A DNA stretch of 64,000 bases from Longimicrobiales bacterium (GCA_965197725.1 CBDANQ010000060.1:96001-160000), one strand, 5' to 3'. Shown: positions 41,668 to 52,532, numbered from the stretch's first letter. Translations and numbers: made by a program. The notes: generated by a model not told the origin, from the sequence alone.

Positions 41668-41862
41668 TGCCACCCCGACTTCCAGGGAAGCTTCAGCATC
41701 GGGTACATTCTCAAACCGCTCGTTCCGGAGCTGAGCTACAACGATCTGGTCATTGTCGACGGGCTCCTGGCGAGCGTGGAGATCGCCCGTCTACTATTTG
41801 TCGCGGGCAGGATCCCCCCGGATGAGCGGGATAGAATTCGCCAAGACCTGCTCGACTACTCC
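41668..41862 (+). pseudogene. C-terminal fragment of a DUF2779-type protein
   Basis: HPDFQGSFSI..L..LVPELSY.DL.I.DG..AS...LLDY; N-terminus absent. Confidence 0.6.
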
Positions 41863-42636
41863 GGCCTCAGGCCACCAGATCGCACCTTCGAGAAGGACCT
41901 GGGGGTCCGTTGCTCGCTCGAGAGCCTCCAACTCCGACGTGTGGCGAGACATAACCATCGCCGAGACGGCGGCGTCGAACGCGTCCTCGCTCGAAGCCGC
42001 CAGGTCGACCATCGCCCGCGGGAGCTCCGGGAACGCGCGCCGAAGATAAGCCAACCGGCTGTCGTGGCTCGACTTCACGACCGCTCCGGTGAGCAGTCTC
42101 GGATAGATCTCGATCACCGTTGGCCGCGTCGGCTCGTGGAACGGCCAGATCGAGAAACCCGCTGCGTGCAGCATGCCGAGACAAGGCATACCGCGAAGCG
42201 ATCCCGTACCGACGGCGCCCGCGCCCCCGATCTGGAAGACGCTCTTGGGCGATGATCCGCCCATCCGGGGCGATTCCATTTCCGTGCGCCTGAAGTGCTC
42301 GCGCGACTCCGGCTTCTTCCTTCCAGGTCTGCCCCAGAACGGTGCCTCACATTCCGCGAGCCACGCCTCGCCCTCCTCCGCCACGAGCCCCCATAGATCT
42401 TCGACCCGCTTCAACCCGCTGTGGCGGAAGAACCACAGGGGCACCGAGAACGCGAAGTCGAAGCCGACGAGCAGATCGAAGTCGCGCTCGGCTTCCGCGA
42501 GGAGCTCGTCGACGATCTGCTCGCGAGATCGTCCAGACTCGAGACGTGTAAGTCGGCCGTCGCGCACCTGGGCCAGCCAGATCTTCGATCTGGCGCCCTG
42601 CTTTGCGCCGGACCAGTCGATGGCGATGTGCCTCAT
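41794..42636 (-). CDS. DUF429-like predicted nuclease (RNase H fold)
   Basis: IAIDWSGA, GFDFAFS.P, IEIYP, DAFDA, EGAIW. Confidence 0.65.
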   Translation of the reverse strand: MRHIAIDWSGAKQGARSKIWLAQVRDGRLTRLESGRSREQIVDELLAEAERDFDLLVGFDFAFSVPLWFFRHSGLKRVEDLWGLVAEEGEAWLAECEAPFWGRPGRKKPESREHFRRTEMESPRMGGSSPKSVFQIGGAGAVGTGSLRGMPCLGMLHAAGFSIWPFHEPTRPTVIEIYPRLLTGAVVKSSHDSRLAYLRRAFPELPRAMVDLAASSEDAFDAAVSAMVMSRHTSELEALERATDPQVLLEGAIWWPEAGVVEQVLANSIPLIRGDPARDK

Positions 42637-42696
42637 TCGGTGAGGGTGGGTTGGGGCGGCGAAGGCGGCATTCGGAGAGCGACGCGACTCCGGGCG

Positions 42697-43365
42697 TTAT
42701 TCGGAGGACTCCGTCGACCTACGTCCTCTCATCCACCAGCGCAGCGCCACGAAAAGGGCCGCAGACTCTCCTGCGATCCATCCCCACCACGGGTAGCTCA
42801 TCGCCGGTAGCGGGACCTCCTCCCCCAATCGTGTCACCCCGGCCAGCGCGGAGGGCACGATGAACGTCGCGAGCAACACGCAGCCCGCCGCTGCCATGAG
42901 TGACCATTCCCACGCACGAGGCGCGATGGCTCTGTAATCCATCGGCCACAGCGCCCAGGCCGCCGCCGACATGGAGAGGGCGATCAGCGACGGGGCCCAC
43001 ACCGGTCCGATCCAGACGACGGGGATGAGGAAGAGCACATCCGGCTCGACGAGAGACGCCGGCCAGCCCAGCAGGATCCACAGTCCGACGTAGTACACGA
43101 TGTCCCACACCCCGAAGACGAGCGCGAAGCCGGTCAGTGTCTGCCAGCTGGAGCGGGCCGCCGCCCACGCGATGGCGAAGATCATGACGAGGGTCGCGGC
43201 TTCCCGGCCGATCTCCACGGCCAGGTTGCCGGCGTCCATGGGCTTCAGCGGAAAGGAGAATCCCTCGGGATAGTAGATGGCGCGAAGATAGACGACGACC
43301 GCGGCTTCGAGATAGCCCATCGCGACGGCGTAGAGAAGCAGAGCTGCCCGAGGGCGGTTGAACAT
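42697..43365 (-). CDS. Conserved integral membrane protein
   Basis: AMGYLEAAVVVYLR, E.GREAATL, FGVWDIVYY, DVLFLIP..W.GPV.AP. Confidence 0.75.
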   Translation of the reverse strand: MFNRPRAALLLYAVAMGYLEAAVVVYLRAIYYPEGFSFPLKPMDAGNLAVEIGREAATLVMIFAIAWAAARSSWQTLTGFALVFGVWDIVYYVGLWILLGWPASLVEPDVLFLIPVVWIGPVWAPSLIALSMSAAAWALWPMDYRAIAPRAWEWSLMAAAGCVLLATFIVPSALAGVTRLGEEVPLPAMSYPWWGWIAGESAALFVALRWWMRGRRSTESSE

Positions 43366-43444
43366 CCGGGATGCCTCCGGGCACGGAGCACGCGTTGGCA
43401 GTGGGGCGCCCAATGTGGCAACACCCCTCGGGAAAGTCTAGCAC

Positions 43445-43484
43445 TTGACAACGCCTCCCCGTTCGTACATACTAATCGGTATGT
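43445..43484 (+). promoter_or_regulatory. Sigma70-like promoter (TTGACA-17-CATACT) overlapped by the palindrome ACATAC-N6-GTATGT
   Basis: -35 at 43445-43450, -10 at 43468-43473, palindrome at 43467-43484 covering the tetR ATG (43481). Confidence 0.65.
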
Positions 43485-44116
43485 TAACGAAAGAGACCAT
43501 CGCGACCCCGATACTGAGCCGCACCCGTGATCCCGAGGGCACGCGAGCGCGAATCGTGGAAAACGCGTTCAGCGAGATCCACGCCCACGGGTACGCGGGA
43601 GCGAGCCTCGAGCGCATTCTGGCCAACTCTGGGGTCACGAAGGGTGCGCTGTATCACCACTTCAAGAGCAAGGCCGACCTACTGCACGCGGTCATGGACC
43701 ACGCGATCCGGCCGATGGTCATGGAGCTATGGTTGGCGCCTCTCGAGCAGTCCGACGATCCGATCCGCGGGCTGGCCGAGTCGATCCGCGCGGTGTTGGG
43801 AGCCTCCACACCGGAAGGGCAGCGGTGCGGGTGCCCGCTGAACAACCTCACGCAGGAGCTCGCGGGTGAGGACGAGGCCTTCAGGAAACACCTCGACCGA
43901 ATCGCGGATGACTGGAGGGCAGGCATCGAGGCGGCGTTCGAACGCGGTCAGGAAGCCGGGAAAGTCCGCAAGGATGTGGACCCCGCCGCCGTGGCGAGCC
44001 TGGTGTTCGCCACCTACCAGGGTCTTATCGGTTCGGTGAAGACCTCGCGGGACCTCGAGGCCGTGATGGCCGGAAGCGCGATGTTCCTGGACCTTCTCGA
44101 ACGACTAAGACCGTAG
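43481..44116 (+). CDS. TetR/AcrR family transcriptional regulator
   Basis: GVTKGALYHHFKSK HTH; GCPLNNL.QE C-terminal domain. Confidence 0.92.
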   Translation: MLTKETIATPILSRTRDPEGTRARIVENAFSEIHAHGYAGASLERILANSGVTKGALYHHFKSKADLLHAVMDHAIRPMVMELWLAPLEQSDDPIRGLAESIRAVLGASTPEGQRCGCPLNNLTQELAGEDEAFRKHLDRIADDWRAGIEAAFERGQEAGKVRKDVDPAAVASLVFATYQGLIGSVKTSRDLEAVMAGSAMFLDLLERLRP

Positions 44117-44151
44117 CACGTGCCCCGCGAACTTCGTCGCGGGGTGCTTTT
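44116..44151 (+). terminator. Probable intrinsic terminator after tetR
   Basis: CCCCGCGA-loop-TCGCGGGG stem followed by TGCTTTT. Confidence 0.55.
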
Positions 44152-44161
44152 GTATTATGTA

Positions 44162-44179
44162 ACATACCGACTAGTCGGT
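44162..44179. promoter_or_regulatory. Second candidate TetR operator ACATACCGACTAGTCGGT
   Basis: Perfect 14-bp palindrome at 44166-44179 just upstream of the MMPL RBS; shares ACATAC and TCGGT with the site at 43467. Confidence 0.6.
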
Positions 44180-44197
44180 TTCTAAGGAGACAATAGG

Positions 44198-46562
44198 ATG
44201 AATGAGATGACGAACGGCTCTCCCGGACGCGCAGACCGCTACACGCGCTGGATCATCCGGAACCGGTGGTGGGTCGTGCTGAGCGCCTTGCTTGTGACGA
44301 TGCCTTTGGGAACAGGCATGTCCAAGCTGGGGCTGGCGAACGACTACCGCGTCTTCTTCAGCGAAGACAACCCCGATCTGAACGCCTTCGAGGCGGTCGA
44401 GAACATCTACACGAAGAACGACAACGTGCTGTTCATCGTGAAGCCCAGGGCGGGCGAGGTATTCACGGCGGCGAATCTCGAGGTGATCCGATCACTCACC
44501 GAAGACGCATGGCAGATCCCGTTTTCGACGCGCGTCGACGCCATCACGAACTTCCAACACACCTGGGCGGACGGCGACGAGCTGATCGTCGAAGACCTCG
44601 TGGGGCGTGGGGAGATCACGCCGGAGATAGTGGCGCGCGCCCGGCGCGTCTCGCTCGCGGAACCACTGCTGACGGGACGGCTCATCGCGCCTGACGCGCG
44701 CACGACCGGTGTGAACGTACGCATCTCGTTGCGGGGTGAGGCTGTCGACTAACTGGCCCAGACCGTGGCGTACGCTCGCGGCCTGGTCGCCGAGTACAGC
44801 GAGGCGCATTCGGAGTTGGAGATCCAGGTGGGGGGCCTGTCCATGCTCAACTGGGCCTTCGCCGAGGCGCCCATGCGGGATATGCCCGTCGTGATGCCAC
44901 TGATGTTCCTGATGTTCACTATCACGATGGGGCTTTTCCTGCGTTCCGTCACCGGGCTGGTGGCGACGCTTGCTGTGATTGGATTCTCCACGGCGGCCGT
45001 GTTGGGAATCGCGGGGCACATGGGTGTGTTTCTGGATCCGACCAGCCGCGTCGGCGCCCACGATCATCTTGACGCTCGCCGTGGCGGACTCAGTGCACAT
45101 CTTGGTATCGCTGCTCCAGTCGATGCGCGCGGGCAACCCGAAGCTGGACGCTCTGGTCGAGGCGATACGTGTCAACGCGCAGCCGGTCTTTTTCACCAGC
45201 CTTACCACGGTCGTCGGCTTCCTGACACTCAACTTCAGCGACTCGCCGCCGTTCCGGCTGCTCGGCAACCTGACCGCATCAGGCGTGATCTTCGCCTGGA
45301 TCTTCTCGATGACGGTGCTGCCTGCGCTGGTCGCCATCCTGCCGGTCAAGCAGCCCCGCGAGAGCGGCAGCCGCGTGAACGCGTGGCTCGACCGCCTCAG
45401 CGAGATGATGGTGGTCCGTCACCGGACGGTCCTGGCGGGCATGGCCGTGGCCACGGTGGGTCTGTCCTTCGCGGTGACCACGCTGGAAGTGAACGACCAC
45501 TTCATCGAGTACTTCTCCCCCAAACTCGAAATCCGTAGGGCCAGCGACTTCGGGATCGAAAACCTGACGGGCTTCTACGGCGCAACGTTCTCACTCGAGG
45601 CCGGTGGCTCGCAGGAGGTGAGTGATCCCGAGTATCTGGCGACGGTCGACGAGTTCGCGGACTGGCTCGACGCCCGTCCGAACGTGGTGCACGTGAACAG
45701 TTTCACGCGAACCATGAAGCGTCTGAACATGAACATGCATGCCGACGATCCGGCCGAGTACGGGCTGCCGACCGAACAGGAGCTGGGTGCCCAATATCTG
45801 CTTCTGTATGAGCTGTCGCTCCCCTACGGCCTGGATGTCAACGACCAGATCGACCTGGACAAGAGCTCGCTCCGGGTGGACGTCACCTACGGCGACGTGG
45901 ACGTGAAGATCGTCGAGCAGGAAGTGGCGTTGGCCGAAGCGTGGCTGGCCCGAAACGGAACGGCGACCATGCGGTCGGCGCGGGCTACGGGCACGCCGTT
46001 GATGTTCGCCAAGATCACGCGGCGCAACATCGCCTCCATGCTGCTGGGCACGGGCCTCGGGTTCGTTCTGATCGCGGGCATTCTGGTGATCGCGCTGAAG
46101 AGTGTGCGGCTGGGCGTGATCAGCCTGATGCCCAACGTGCTTCCGGCGGCGATGGCCTTCGGCGTGTGGGCGATGCTCGTAGGCCAAGTCGGCTTCGCGG
46201 TATCGATCGTCTCGGGCTTGTCCATCGGAATCGTCGTGGACGACACGGTGCACTTCCTCAGCAAGTACCAATACGCCCGCCTCACGATGGACGCGGCTAA
46301 TGCGGTGCGGTACGCCTTCCGGATGGTCGGGCCCGCCATCCTCGGCACCACGCTGATCGTGGCCGTCGGTTTCGCGATGCTCGGACTGAGCACATTCCGC
46401 GTGACCTCCTACATGGGCCTGCTCACCTCGCTCACCGTAGTGTGCGCCCTGGTGGTCGATTTCTTACTCCTCCCGGCGATCCTGCTCACGTTCGACCGGC
46501 GTGCAGTGAAGTACCCCCTTCCGAACGCCGTCCTCGTGGGCGTCGCGTCCGGCGCGGACTGA
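44198..46562 (+). pseudogene. MMPL/RND family transporter with an in-frame stop (44750) and a frameshift (about 45046)
   Basis: Three consecutive ORFs form one protein: DYRVFFS, AVADSVH, TSLTT..GFL, GIVVDDTVH. Confidence 0.88.
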
Positions 46563-46606
46563 TCCCCCTGATGACAACGAAACCCCAATTGAGAGGATGA
46601 CGAACG

Positions 46607-47434
46607 ATGAATGCGACGATAAAGACGAAAATGATGCGGACGGCGATGTCGACCGTTCTGATGGCTGCGGCCATGATCACCTTCGCGGACGACGCGCGAG
46701 CTCAGGATTCCGCAGAGGTACGAGGCCGAGCGATCGCGGAGGAAGCGGACAAGCGCGACTACGGCTGGGGCGACAATTCCACCACGATGCGCATGGTGCT
46801 GCGGAACCGGAACGGCGACGAGAGCGTGCGTGAGATGCGTAGGCGGGCTCTCGAGACCAACGAGTCCGGCGCTGGCGACAAGAGCGTGATCACGTTCGAC
46901 GCGCCGCGTGACGTGGCCGGAACGTCGCTCCTGTCGCACACGAAGATTCTGGATCCGGACGACCAGTGGCTCTTCCTACCGGCTCTGAAGCGCGTGAAGC
47001 GCATCTCCTCGGCCAACAAGTCCGGGCCGTTCGTGGGCAGCGAGTTCGCCTATGAGGACCTCGTCTCCCAGGAGGTCGACAAGTACGACTATCGCTTCGT
47101 GGGCGAGGAGGCATGCGGCGATCTGGAGTGTTACGTGGTTGAGCGCCTGCCGCTGTACGAGAACTCGGGTTACACGAAGCAGATCGTGTGGTGGGACAAG
47201 GACGAGTACCGCGTGCAGCGCATCGATTTCTACGATCGCAAGGATGCCTTGCTGAAGACGCTCATCTACCACGGCTATGAGCAGTACCTCGGCCAGTATT
47301 GGCGCCCGAACCTGATGGCGATGGAGAACCACCAGAACGGCAAGAGCACCGACCTGGTGTTCAGCGAGTGGACGTTCGGTAATGGGTTCGCCGACGGCGA
47401 GTTCACGCCATCGCGTCTCCGCCGCGGGAGGTAG
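46607..47434 (+). CDS. LolA-like outer membrane lipoprotein-sorting protein
   Basis: P.DV.GT..L, DDQWLFLPALKRVKRI, FVGSEFAYED; signal peptide. Confidence 0.88.
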   Translation: MNATIKTKMMRTAMSTVLMAAAMITFADDARAQDSAEVRGRAIAEEADKRDYGWGDNSTTMRMVLRNRNGDESVREMRRRALETNESGAGDKSVITFDAPRDVAGTSLLSHTKILDPDDQWLFLPALKRVKRISSANKSGPFVGSEFAYEDLVSQEVDKYDYRFVGEEACGDLECYVVERLPLYENSGYTKQIVWWDKDEYRVQRIDFYDRKDALLKTLIYHGYEQYLGQYWRPNLMAMENHQNGKSTDLVFSEWTFGNGFADGEFTPSRLRRGR

Positions 47435-47446
47435 GGGGCTGTATTC

Positions 47447-48670
47447 ATGAAGACCCCGCGGAAGCGCGCCCGAATATGGGCACTGATCGCGGTCTTCGCC
47501 GGGGGCGTCGCGCCCCCGGCGGCGGACGCTGTGGCCGGGCAGGAAATCAGGGGCTCGGTCTTCATTGAGACCCGGATCTTCCCCAACGACCCGCTGTTCG
47601 CCGAGCAGAGCGACGCGGCCTTCTCTCCGTCGATCGGGCTTGCGCCAGAATTCATCTGGTGGATGGACGGGGACGGGCCGGAGCTGCGCCTGTCCCCCAT
47701 GCTGCGCCTGGACGCCCACGACGCGAGTCGTACGCACTTCGACTTGCGCGAGGCCAGCGCCCTGTGGCTGCGCGACGGATGGACGCTCATGGCAGGCGTC
47801 GGCAAGGTGTTCTGGGGCACCACCGAATCGGTGCACCTGGTGGACATCGTGAATCAGAACGACGGCGTGGAGGACATCGATGGCGAGGACAAGCTCGGCC
47901 AGCCGATGGTGAACTTCACGCTGGAGCGGGACTGGGGCGCTCTGGACCTGTTCCTGATGCCGTTCTTCCGCGAGCGCACATTTCCCGGCAGCGAGGGCCG
48001 CCTGCGTGGCCTCGCCTCGGTGCTGGGCGATGCCGTCTACGAGTCCGATGCGGGGCGGTGGCGCCCGGACGTTGCAGCGCGCTGGTCCCAAAGCCTGGGC
48101 GACATTGACCTCGGCGTAGCTGGGTTCTACGGCACGAGCCGTGAACCGAACCTGTTGCCCACCGGGGCCGGGGGCGACTTCGCGCTGCAGCCGCACTACA
48201 GGATCATCGACCAGTTCAGCGTGGACGCCCAATACACGCGGGGAGCCACGTTGTGGAAGCTCGAGGCCATGATGCGCGGCGGGCATGGAGACCGTTTCGC
48301 CGCGGGTGTCCTGGGGGTGGAGCACACGCTCTTCGGCGTGGGGCCCGGGGCGGCCGATCTGGGCCTGCTGGCCGAGGTGATGTTCGACGGGCGCGGGCCG
48401 AACGCGCCCTACACGGCGTTCGACAACGACGTGTTTGTGGGATTTCGGTGGGCCTTCAATGACGTCCAGGGCACGTCCATCCTGGGCGGGCCGATCGTGG
48501 ATCTCAAGCACGGCGAAACGATCGCGTTTATCGAGGCCGAGCGTCGCCTCGGCGAGCGCTGGGTCGGCGCGGTGGAGATGCGCCTGTTCCTCAATACCGA
48601 CGTCACGGCACCGCTGCACACGCTGCGACAGGACGACTTCCTGACGTTCAGCCTGAGCCGTTTCTTCTAG
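47447..48670 (+). CDS. Predicted outer-membrane beta-barrel partner of the MMPL/LolA-like module
   Basis: Signal peptide, DLREA, VFWG.TE..HLVD.VNQ, C-terminal SRFF. Confidence 0.7.
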   Translation: MKTPRKRARIWALIAVFAGGVAPPAADAVAGQEIRGSVFIETRIFPNDPLFAEQSDAAFSPSIGLAPEFIWWMDGDGPELRLSPMLRLDAHDASRTHFDLREASALWLRDGWTLMAGVGKVFWGTTESVHLVDIVNQNDGVEDIDGEDKLGQPMVNFTLERDWGALDLFLMPFFRERTFPGSEGRLRGLASVLGDAVYESDAGRWRPDVAARWSQSLGDIDLGVAGFYGTSREPNLLPTGAGGDFALQPHYRIIDQFSVDAQYTRGATLWKLEAMMRGGHGDRFAAGVLGVEHTLFGVGPGAADLGLLAEVMFDGRGPNAPYTAFDNDVFVGFRWAFNDVQGTSILGGPIVDLKHGETIAFIEAERRLGERWVGAVEMRLFLNTDVTAPLHTLRQDDFLTFSLSRFF

Positions 48671-48712
48671 CGCTCATCGGCCGTCCTCAGCGTGCCCACA
48701 CCTTACGCAAGG

Positions 48713-49010
48713 CTATGAGAGGGTGCGAGGATATCGGAGTGAGGGAAAGCACGTGCGGTACCGGCCTCCATCTCTCGTGAGCAGCGTCATCCGTGCCACC
48801 GCCGCGTGCGCGCCGATGTAGAAGTCGGGCAACGGCGAGTGCTTAGCCCCGCCGCGCCTACGGTACTGCACCAAGCACTTGCCCGCGAGAAATGCTGCAT
48901 CCCAGGGCAACGCATCTCTCCGGAACATGGCCGGCGGCAACGCTTCTTCGGGTTCCTCGATGCGCTCGAACCGAATGGAGACCTCAGCATATATGAGCGG
49001 ATACCTTTCG
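48713..49010 (-). pseudogene. VapC/PIN toxin lacking its N-terminus
   Basis: P.IYAEVS, AAFLAGK, PLPDFYIGAHA, LLTRD..RYRT.FP; first acidic motif and antitoxin gene missing. Confidence 0.8.
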
Positions 49011-49083
49011 GACGACATGGACAACTCGGTCATGGATCACGGTTGAAGGACGCGTTCGTCCATTCGTTTTAGCTTCTTCCCCC

Positions 49084-51048
49084 ATGATCTCCGTTTCAAA
49101 CCTCGAAAAGTCGTTCGGCGACCGCACGCTGTTCACCGGCGCCTCCTTCCAGCTCAACCCGGGGGAGCGCTACGGGCTGGTGGGCGCCAACGGGTCGGGC
49201 AAGACCACGCTTCTCAACATCCTGTGCGGCGACCTGGAGTCCAGTGACGGCACGGTCTCCGTGCCGAAGCATCTGCGGATGGGAGTCCTGCGCCAGGACC
49301 AGTTCGTGTATGAGAATGAGGAGATTCTCAGGGTCACCCTCATGGGGAACCCGGAGCTGTGGCACGCGATGGTGGAAAAGGAGGCGCTGTTGGCGCGGGC
49401 CGAGCAGCACTTCGACGCCAACCGGTTTTCGGAGCTGGAGGCGACTTTTCAGCGGCACGACGGATATACCGCCGAAGCCCGTGCCGCCACGATTCTGGAG
49501 GGTCTGGGTCTCCCGACGGAGGTCCATCGCTCTCCCGTGTCCACGCTGTCGGGCGGATTCAAGCTTCGGGTCCTGCTCGCTCAGGTACTGGCAAGCGCCC
49601 CCGACATCCTTCTTCTCGACGAGCCGACCAACCACCTCGACATCATCTCCATCCGCTGGCTCGAGATGTTCCTGCGTGCTTTCAAGGGGCCGGTGGTGGT
49701 CATCTCACACGACCACCGATTCCTGGACAACGTGATGACGCATGTCCTGGATGTGGACTACGAGACGGTGCTGCTCTATCACGGGAACTACAGCGACTCT
49801 CTGAAGGCGAAGCAGCTGGAGCGCGAGCGCAGGGAGAAGGACATCGCGGCCCGAGAGCGGGACATCGCGCATCACCAGAAGTTCGTGGACCGGTTCCGGG
49901 CGAAGGCGAGCAAGGCTCGGCAGGCACAGAGCAAGGTGCGCATGATCGAGAAGAAGGCGACGGCGCTCACGGGGCTGCCCATGAGCTCGCGGCGCTACCC
50001 CACCATCCGATTCGAGCAGAAGCGCAACAGCGGAAAGGAAGTGCTCAGCGTCAAGGGCATCAAAAAGGCGTTCGGTGACAACGAGGTGCTGCACGGCGTG
50101 GACCTCACCGTGAACCGGGGTGACCGGCTGGCCATCATGGGCCCCAATGGCATCGGCAAGTCCACGCTGCTCAAGGTCATCGTGGGCGAGTTGCAGCCCG
50201 ACGCTGGAGAGGTCGAGTGGGGCTACGAGACCCATCGCGGCTACTTCGCCCAGGACCACCACGAGCAGTTCGAGTCGCCGAAGCGCACGGCCGAGGGCTG
50301 GGTATGGGATTTCTGCCCGGACAAGGACATCGGCTATGTGCGGGGTCGGATGGGGCTGATGCTGTTCTCCGGCGACGACGGCAAGAAGCGGCTGAGTGCG
50401 CTGTCCGGTGGAGAGGCCGCACGCCTGGTCTTCACCAGGTTGGCGATGGAGCGCCCGAACGTCCTGGTGCTGGACGAGCCGACCAATCACCTGGATCTCG
50501 AGTCGATTGAGTCGCTCGTCGAGGGACTCAGGACCTTCGAGGGCACGCTTCTGTTGGTCTCGCACGATCGCTGGTTCGTGAGCCAGCTCGCCACCCGCGT
50601 CGTGGAGATCAAGCGCGACGACATCGTCGACTACCTGGGCACCTACGAGGAGTACGTGCACTTCTGCGGCGACGACCATCTGGACGCCGACCGCGTGATC
50701 CTCAAGGCCAAGCGGGAGAAGAAGAAAGACAAAGGGGACAAGACGGATCGGTCCGGCGGGTCCGTCGACGGGAGCGGGCCCGCGCCGACGGAGGGCCGGC
50801 GCGGTGCTTCGAAGACGCACAGGAATCGCATGCGCGAGAGCCTCGACGCCCTGATGGCTCGCATCGACACGGCCGAAGCACGTGTCGAGGAAATCGATGA
50901 GCTATTCTGCCAACCCGGCTACTACGAGCAGACTCCGCCCGACGACGTCAGGGCGCTGGAAGATGAGCGTTCGCGCCTGAAGAGTGAGGTGGCCGACCTC
51001 ACCCGCGATTGGGACCGGACCGAAGAGGAGTTGAGCGCCTTGCGGTAG
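49084..51048 (+). CDS. ABC-F family ATP-binding protein
   Basis: Two ABC domains (GANGSGKTT, GPNGIGKST, LDEPTNHLD twice), no TM domain, coiled-coil tail. Confidence 0.93.
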   Translation: MISVSNLEKSFGDRTLFTGASFQLNPGERYGLVGANGSGKTTLLNILCGDLESSDGTVSVPKHLRMGVLRQDQFVYENEEILRVTLMGNPELWHAMVEKEALLARAEQHFDANRFSELEATFQRHDGYTAEARAATILEGLGLPTEVHRSPVSTLSGGFKLRVLLAQVLASAPDILLLDEPTNHLDIISIRWLEMFLRAFKGPVVVISHDHRFLDNVMTHVLDVDYETVLLYHGNYSDSLKAKQLERERREKDIAARERDIAHHQKFVDRFRAKASKARQAQSKVRMIEKKATALTGLPMSSRRYPTIRFEQKRNSGKEVLSVKGIKKAFGDNEVLHGVDLTVNRGDRLAIMGPNGIGKSTLLKVIVGELQPDAGEVEWGYETHRGYFAQDHHEQFESPKRTAEGWVWDFCPDKDIGYVRGRMGLMLFSGDDGKKRLSALSGGEAARLVFTRLAMERPNVLVLDEPTNHLDLESIESLVEGLRTFEGTLLLVSHDRWFVSQLATRVVEIKRDDIVDYLGTYEEYVHFCGDDHLDADRVILKAKREKKKDKGDKTDRSGGSVDGSGPAPTEGRRGASKTHRNRMRESLDALMARIDTAEARVEEIDELFCQPGYYEQTPPDDVRALEDERSRLKSEVADLTRDWDRTEEELSALR

Positions 51049-51767
51049 TACGTCCAGGAAGGCTACCAGTCCCCATTCCCTGCCGCCGGTCAAAGGATCA
51101 ACAACTGCACAGTCGATATCGGGTAGACAACGTCCCTCCCATACTCCGAATTCCGTTCCTGGTCTACGGGTATGTTCTTGGCGGGATCTGGTTCGCCTAC
51201 ATGTTGCTGCTTCGACTGACCCTGAGGGTCCGAGTTACGGGTACCGCCAACGTGCCGAACGGCTCGAACTTCATCCTTTGCCAGTGGCATGAGTCCGGCC
51301 CGTTGACGGTTGAAGCATGGATGCCGCGTCTTCCAGCCTACTTGCGGCAGCGGCCGCACGCCTGGATCGTGTATTCGGACTGGTATACGAAGCCGGTTTG
51401 GGTGCTCTTGGGTTTGGTCGGCGTCCAGCAACTCGTTCCTTCATCGACGGGGAATGGCCGACGCGCGGCCGCGGAGGAGATCGTGAGCTACCTCAAGAAA
51501 GGGTACTCGACGTTCGTCACTCCGGACGGTCCGAAGGGGCCGCCGCGAACTCTGAAGAAAGGCGTGCTTCACATGGCCGTTCAGAGTGGCGTGCCGATCC
51601 TTCCCGTGCGCATTTCGGCCAACCGCTGCTACCGAACCGGCTCGTGGGATCGAAAGATGCAGCCGCTGCCCTTTTCCACGATCCATGTGGCCCTCGGAGC
51701 TCCGATCGCCGTGACGACGAGCACCTTCGACGAGAGCATTGAAGCACTTACCGCCGCCCTAGGGTAG
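51009..51767 (+). CDS. DUF374 / lysophospholipid acyltransferase family protein (start uncertain, likely downstream of 51048)
   Basis: WH, TPDGPKGP, SWD....PLPFS. Confidence 0.78.
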   Translation: MGPDRRGVERLAVVRPGRLPVPIPCRRSKDQQLHSRYRVDNVPPILRIPFLVYGYVLGGIWFAYMLLLRLTLRVRVTGTANVPNGSNFILCQWHESGPLTVEAWMPRLPAYLRQRPHAWIVYSDWYTKPVWVLLGLVGVQQLVPSSTGNGRRAAAEEIVSYLKKGYSTFVTPDGPKGPPRTLKKGVLHMAVQSGVPILPVRISANRCYRTGSWDRKMQPLPFSTIHVALGAPIAVTTSTFDESIEALTAALG

Positions 51768-51800
51768 AGGAAGAGCCCCGCAGATCGCTAATTGGCCTAC

Positions 51801-52532
51801 ATGACGAGCAGACACCTCTTCAAGTCACTGACCGGTGCACTTCTGGTCCTCTCCGGTTGCTCGCCACCGCCCCCGGAGGGGGCGGAGTCCGTCATCGTCC
51901 TGCATGGCCTGCGCCGTACCTCTACCTCGATGGTGATTCTCGTGGCGCGCCTCGAGGATGCCGGTTACGGCGTTACCAGTTTTGGGTATGCATCGACGGC
52001 GGAGCCCATGGAATCCCTCGTCGACCAGCTCGAAGCCGCGGTGGCGCTGTGCTGTGCGGACCATGCGGACGCCGTGCATTTCGTCACGCACTCGATGGGA
52101 GGGGTGTTGGTCCGGAGCTATCTCTCCGAGCAACCCGAGCCGCACGAGGGGCGCGTCGTGATGCTGAGTCCCCCGAGCCAGGGTAGCGAGATCATCGACG
52201 CCTTCGCGGACTCGCCACGACTTCGAGCCCTATTCGTGGGCCCTGCCGCATCGCAACTGGGGACCGACTCCGCGGGCATCGCGACGCAACTGGGACCGGC
52301 ACGATTCGACCTGGGCATCATCACCGGTGACCGAAGCTTGAGCCCGATAGGGTCGTGGCTCATTCCAGGGCCAGATGACGGCAAGGTCGCTGTGGGCCGT
52401 GCCAACGTCGAGGGTTCGGCAGACTTTCTGGTCATGTCCGCGACGCACACGTTCATCATGAACCGCAGAGATGTGGCTAGACAGGTCGTGCACTTTCTAC
52501 GAAACGGTCGGTTCAGTCGGACGGACCCGTAG
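51801..52532 (+). CDS. Alpha/beta hydrolase (lipase/esterase-like), predicted lipoprotein
   Basis: LSGC lipobox, VLHGL, VTHSMGG, DDGKV, HTFIM. Confidence 0.85.
   Translation: MTSRHLFKSLTGALLVLSGCSPPPPEGAESVIVLHGLRRTSTSMVILVARLEDAGYGVTSFGYASTAEPMESLVDQLEAAVALCCADHADAVHFVTHSMGGVLVRSYLSEQPEPHEGRVVMLSPPSQGSEIIDAFADSPRLRALFVGPAASQLGTDSAGIATQLGPARFDLGIITGDRSLSPIGSWLIPGPDDGKVAVGRANVEGSADFLVMSATHTFIMNRRDVARQVVHFLRNGRFSRTDP

Noticed and set aside
44750..44752. Stop-codon recoding in the MMPL gene
   Set aside because: The codon is TAA, not TGA or TAG, and the gene has a second lesion; nonsense mutation or error is simpler.
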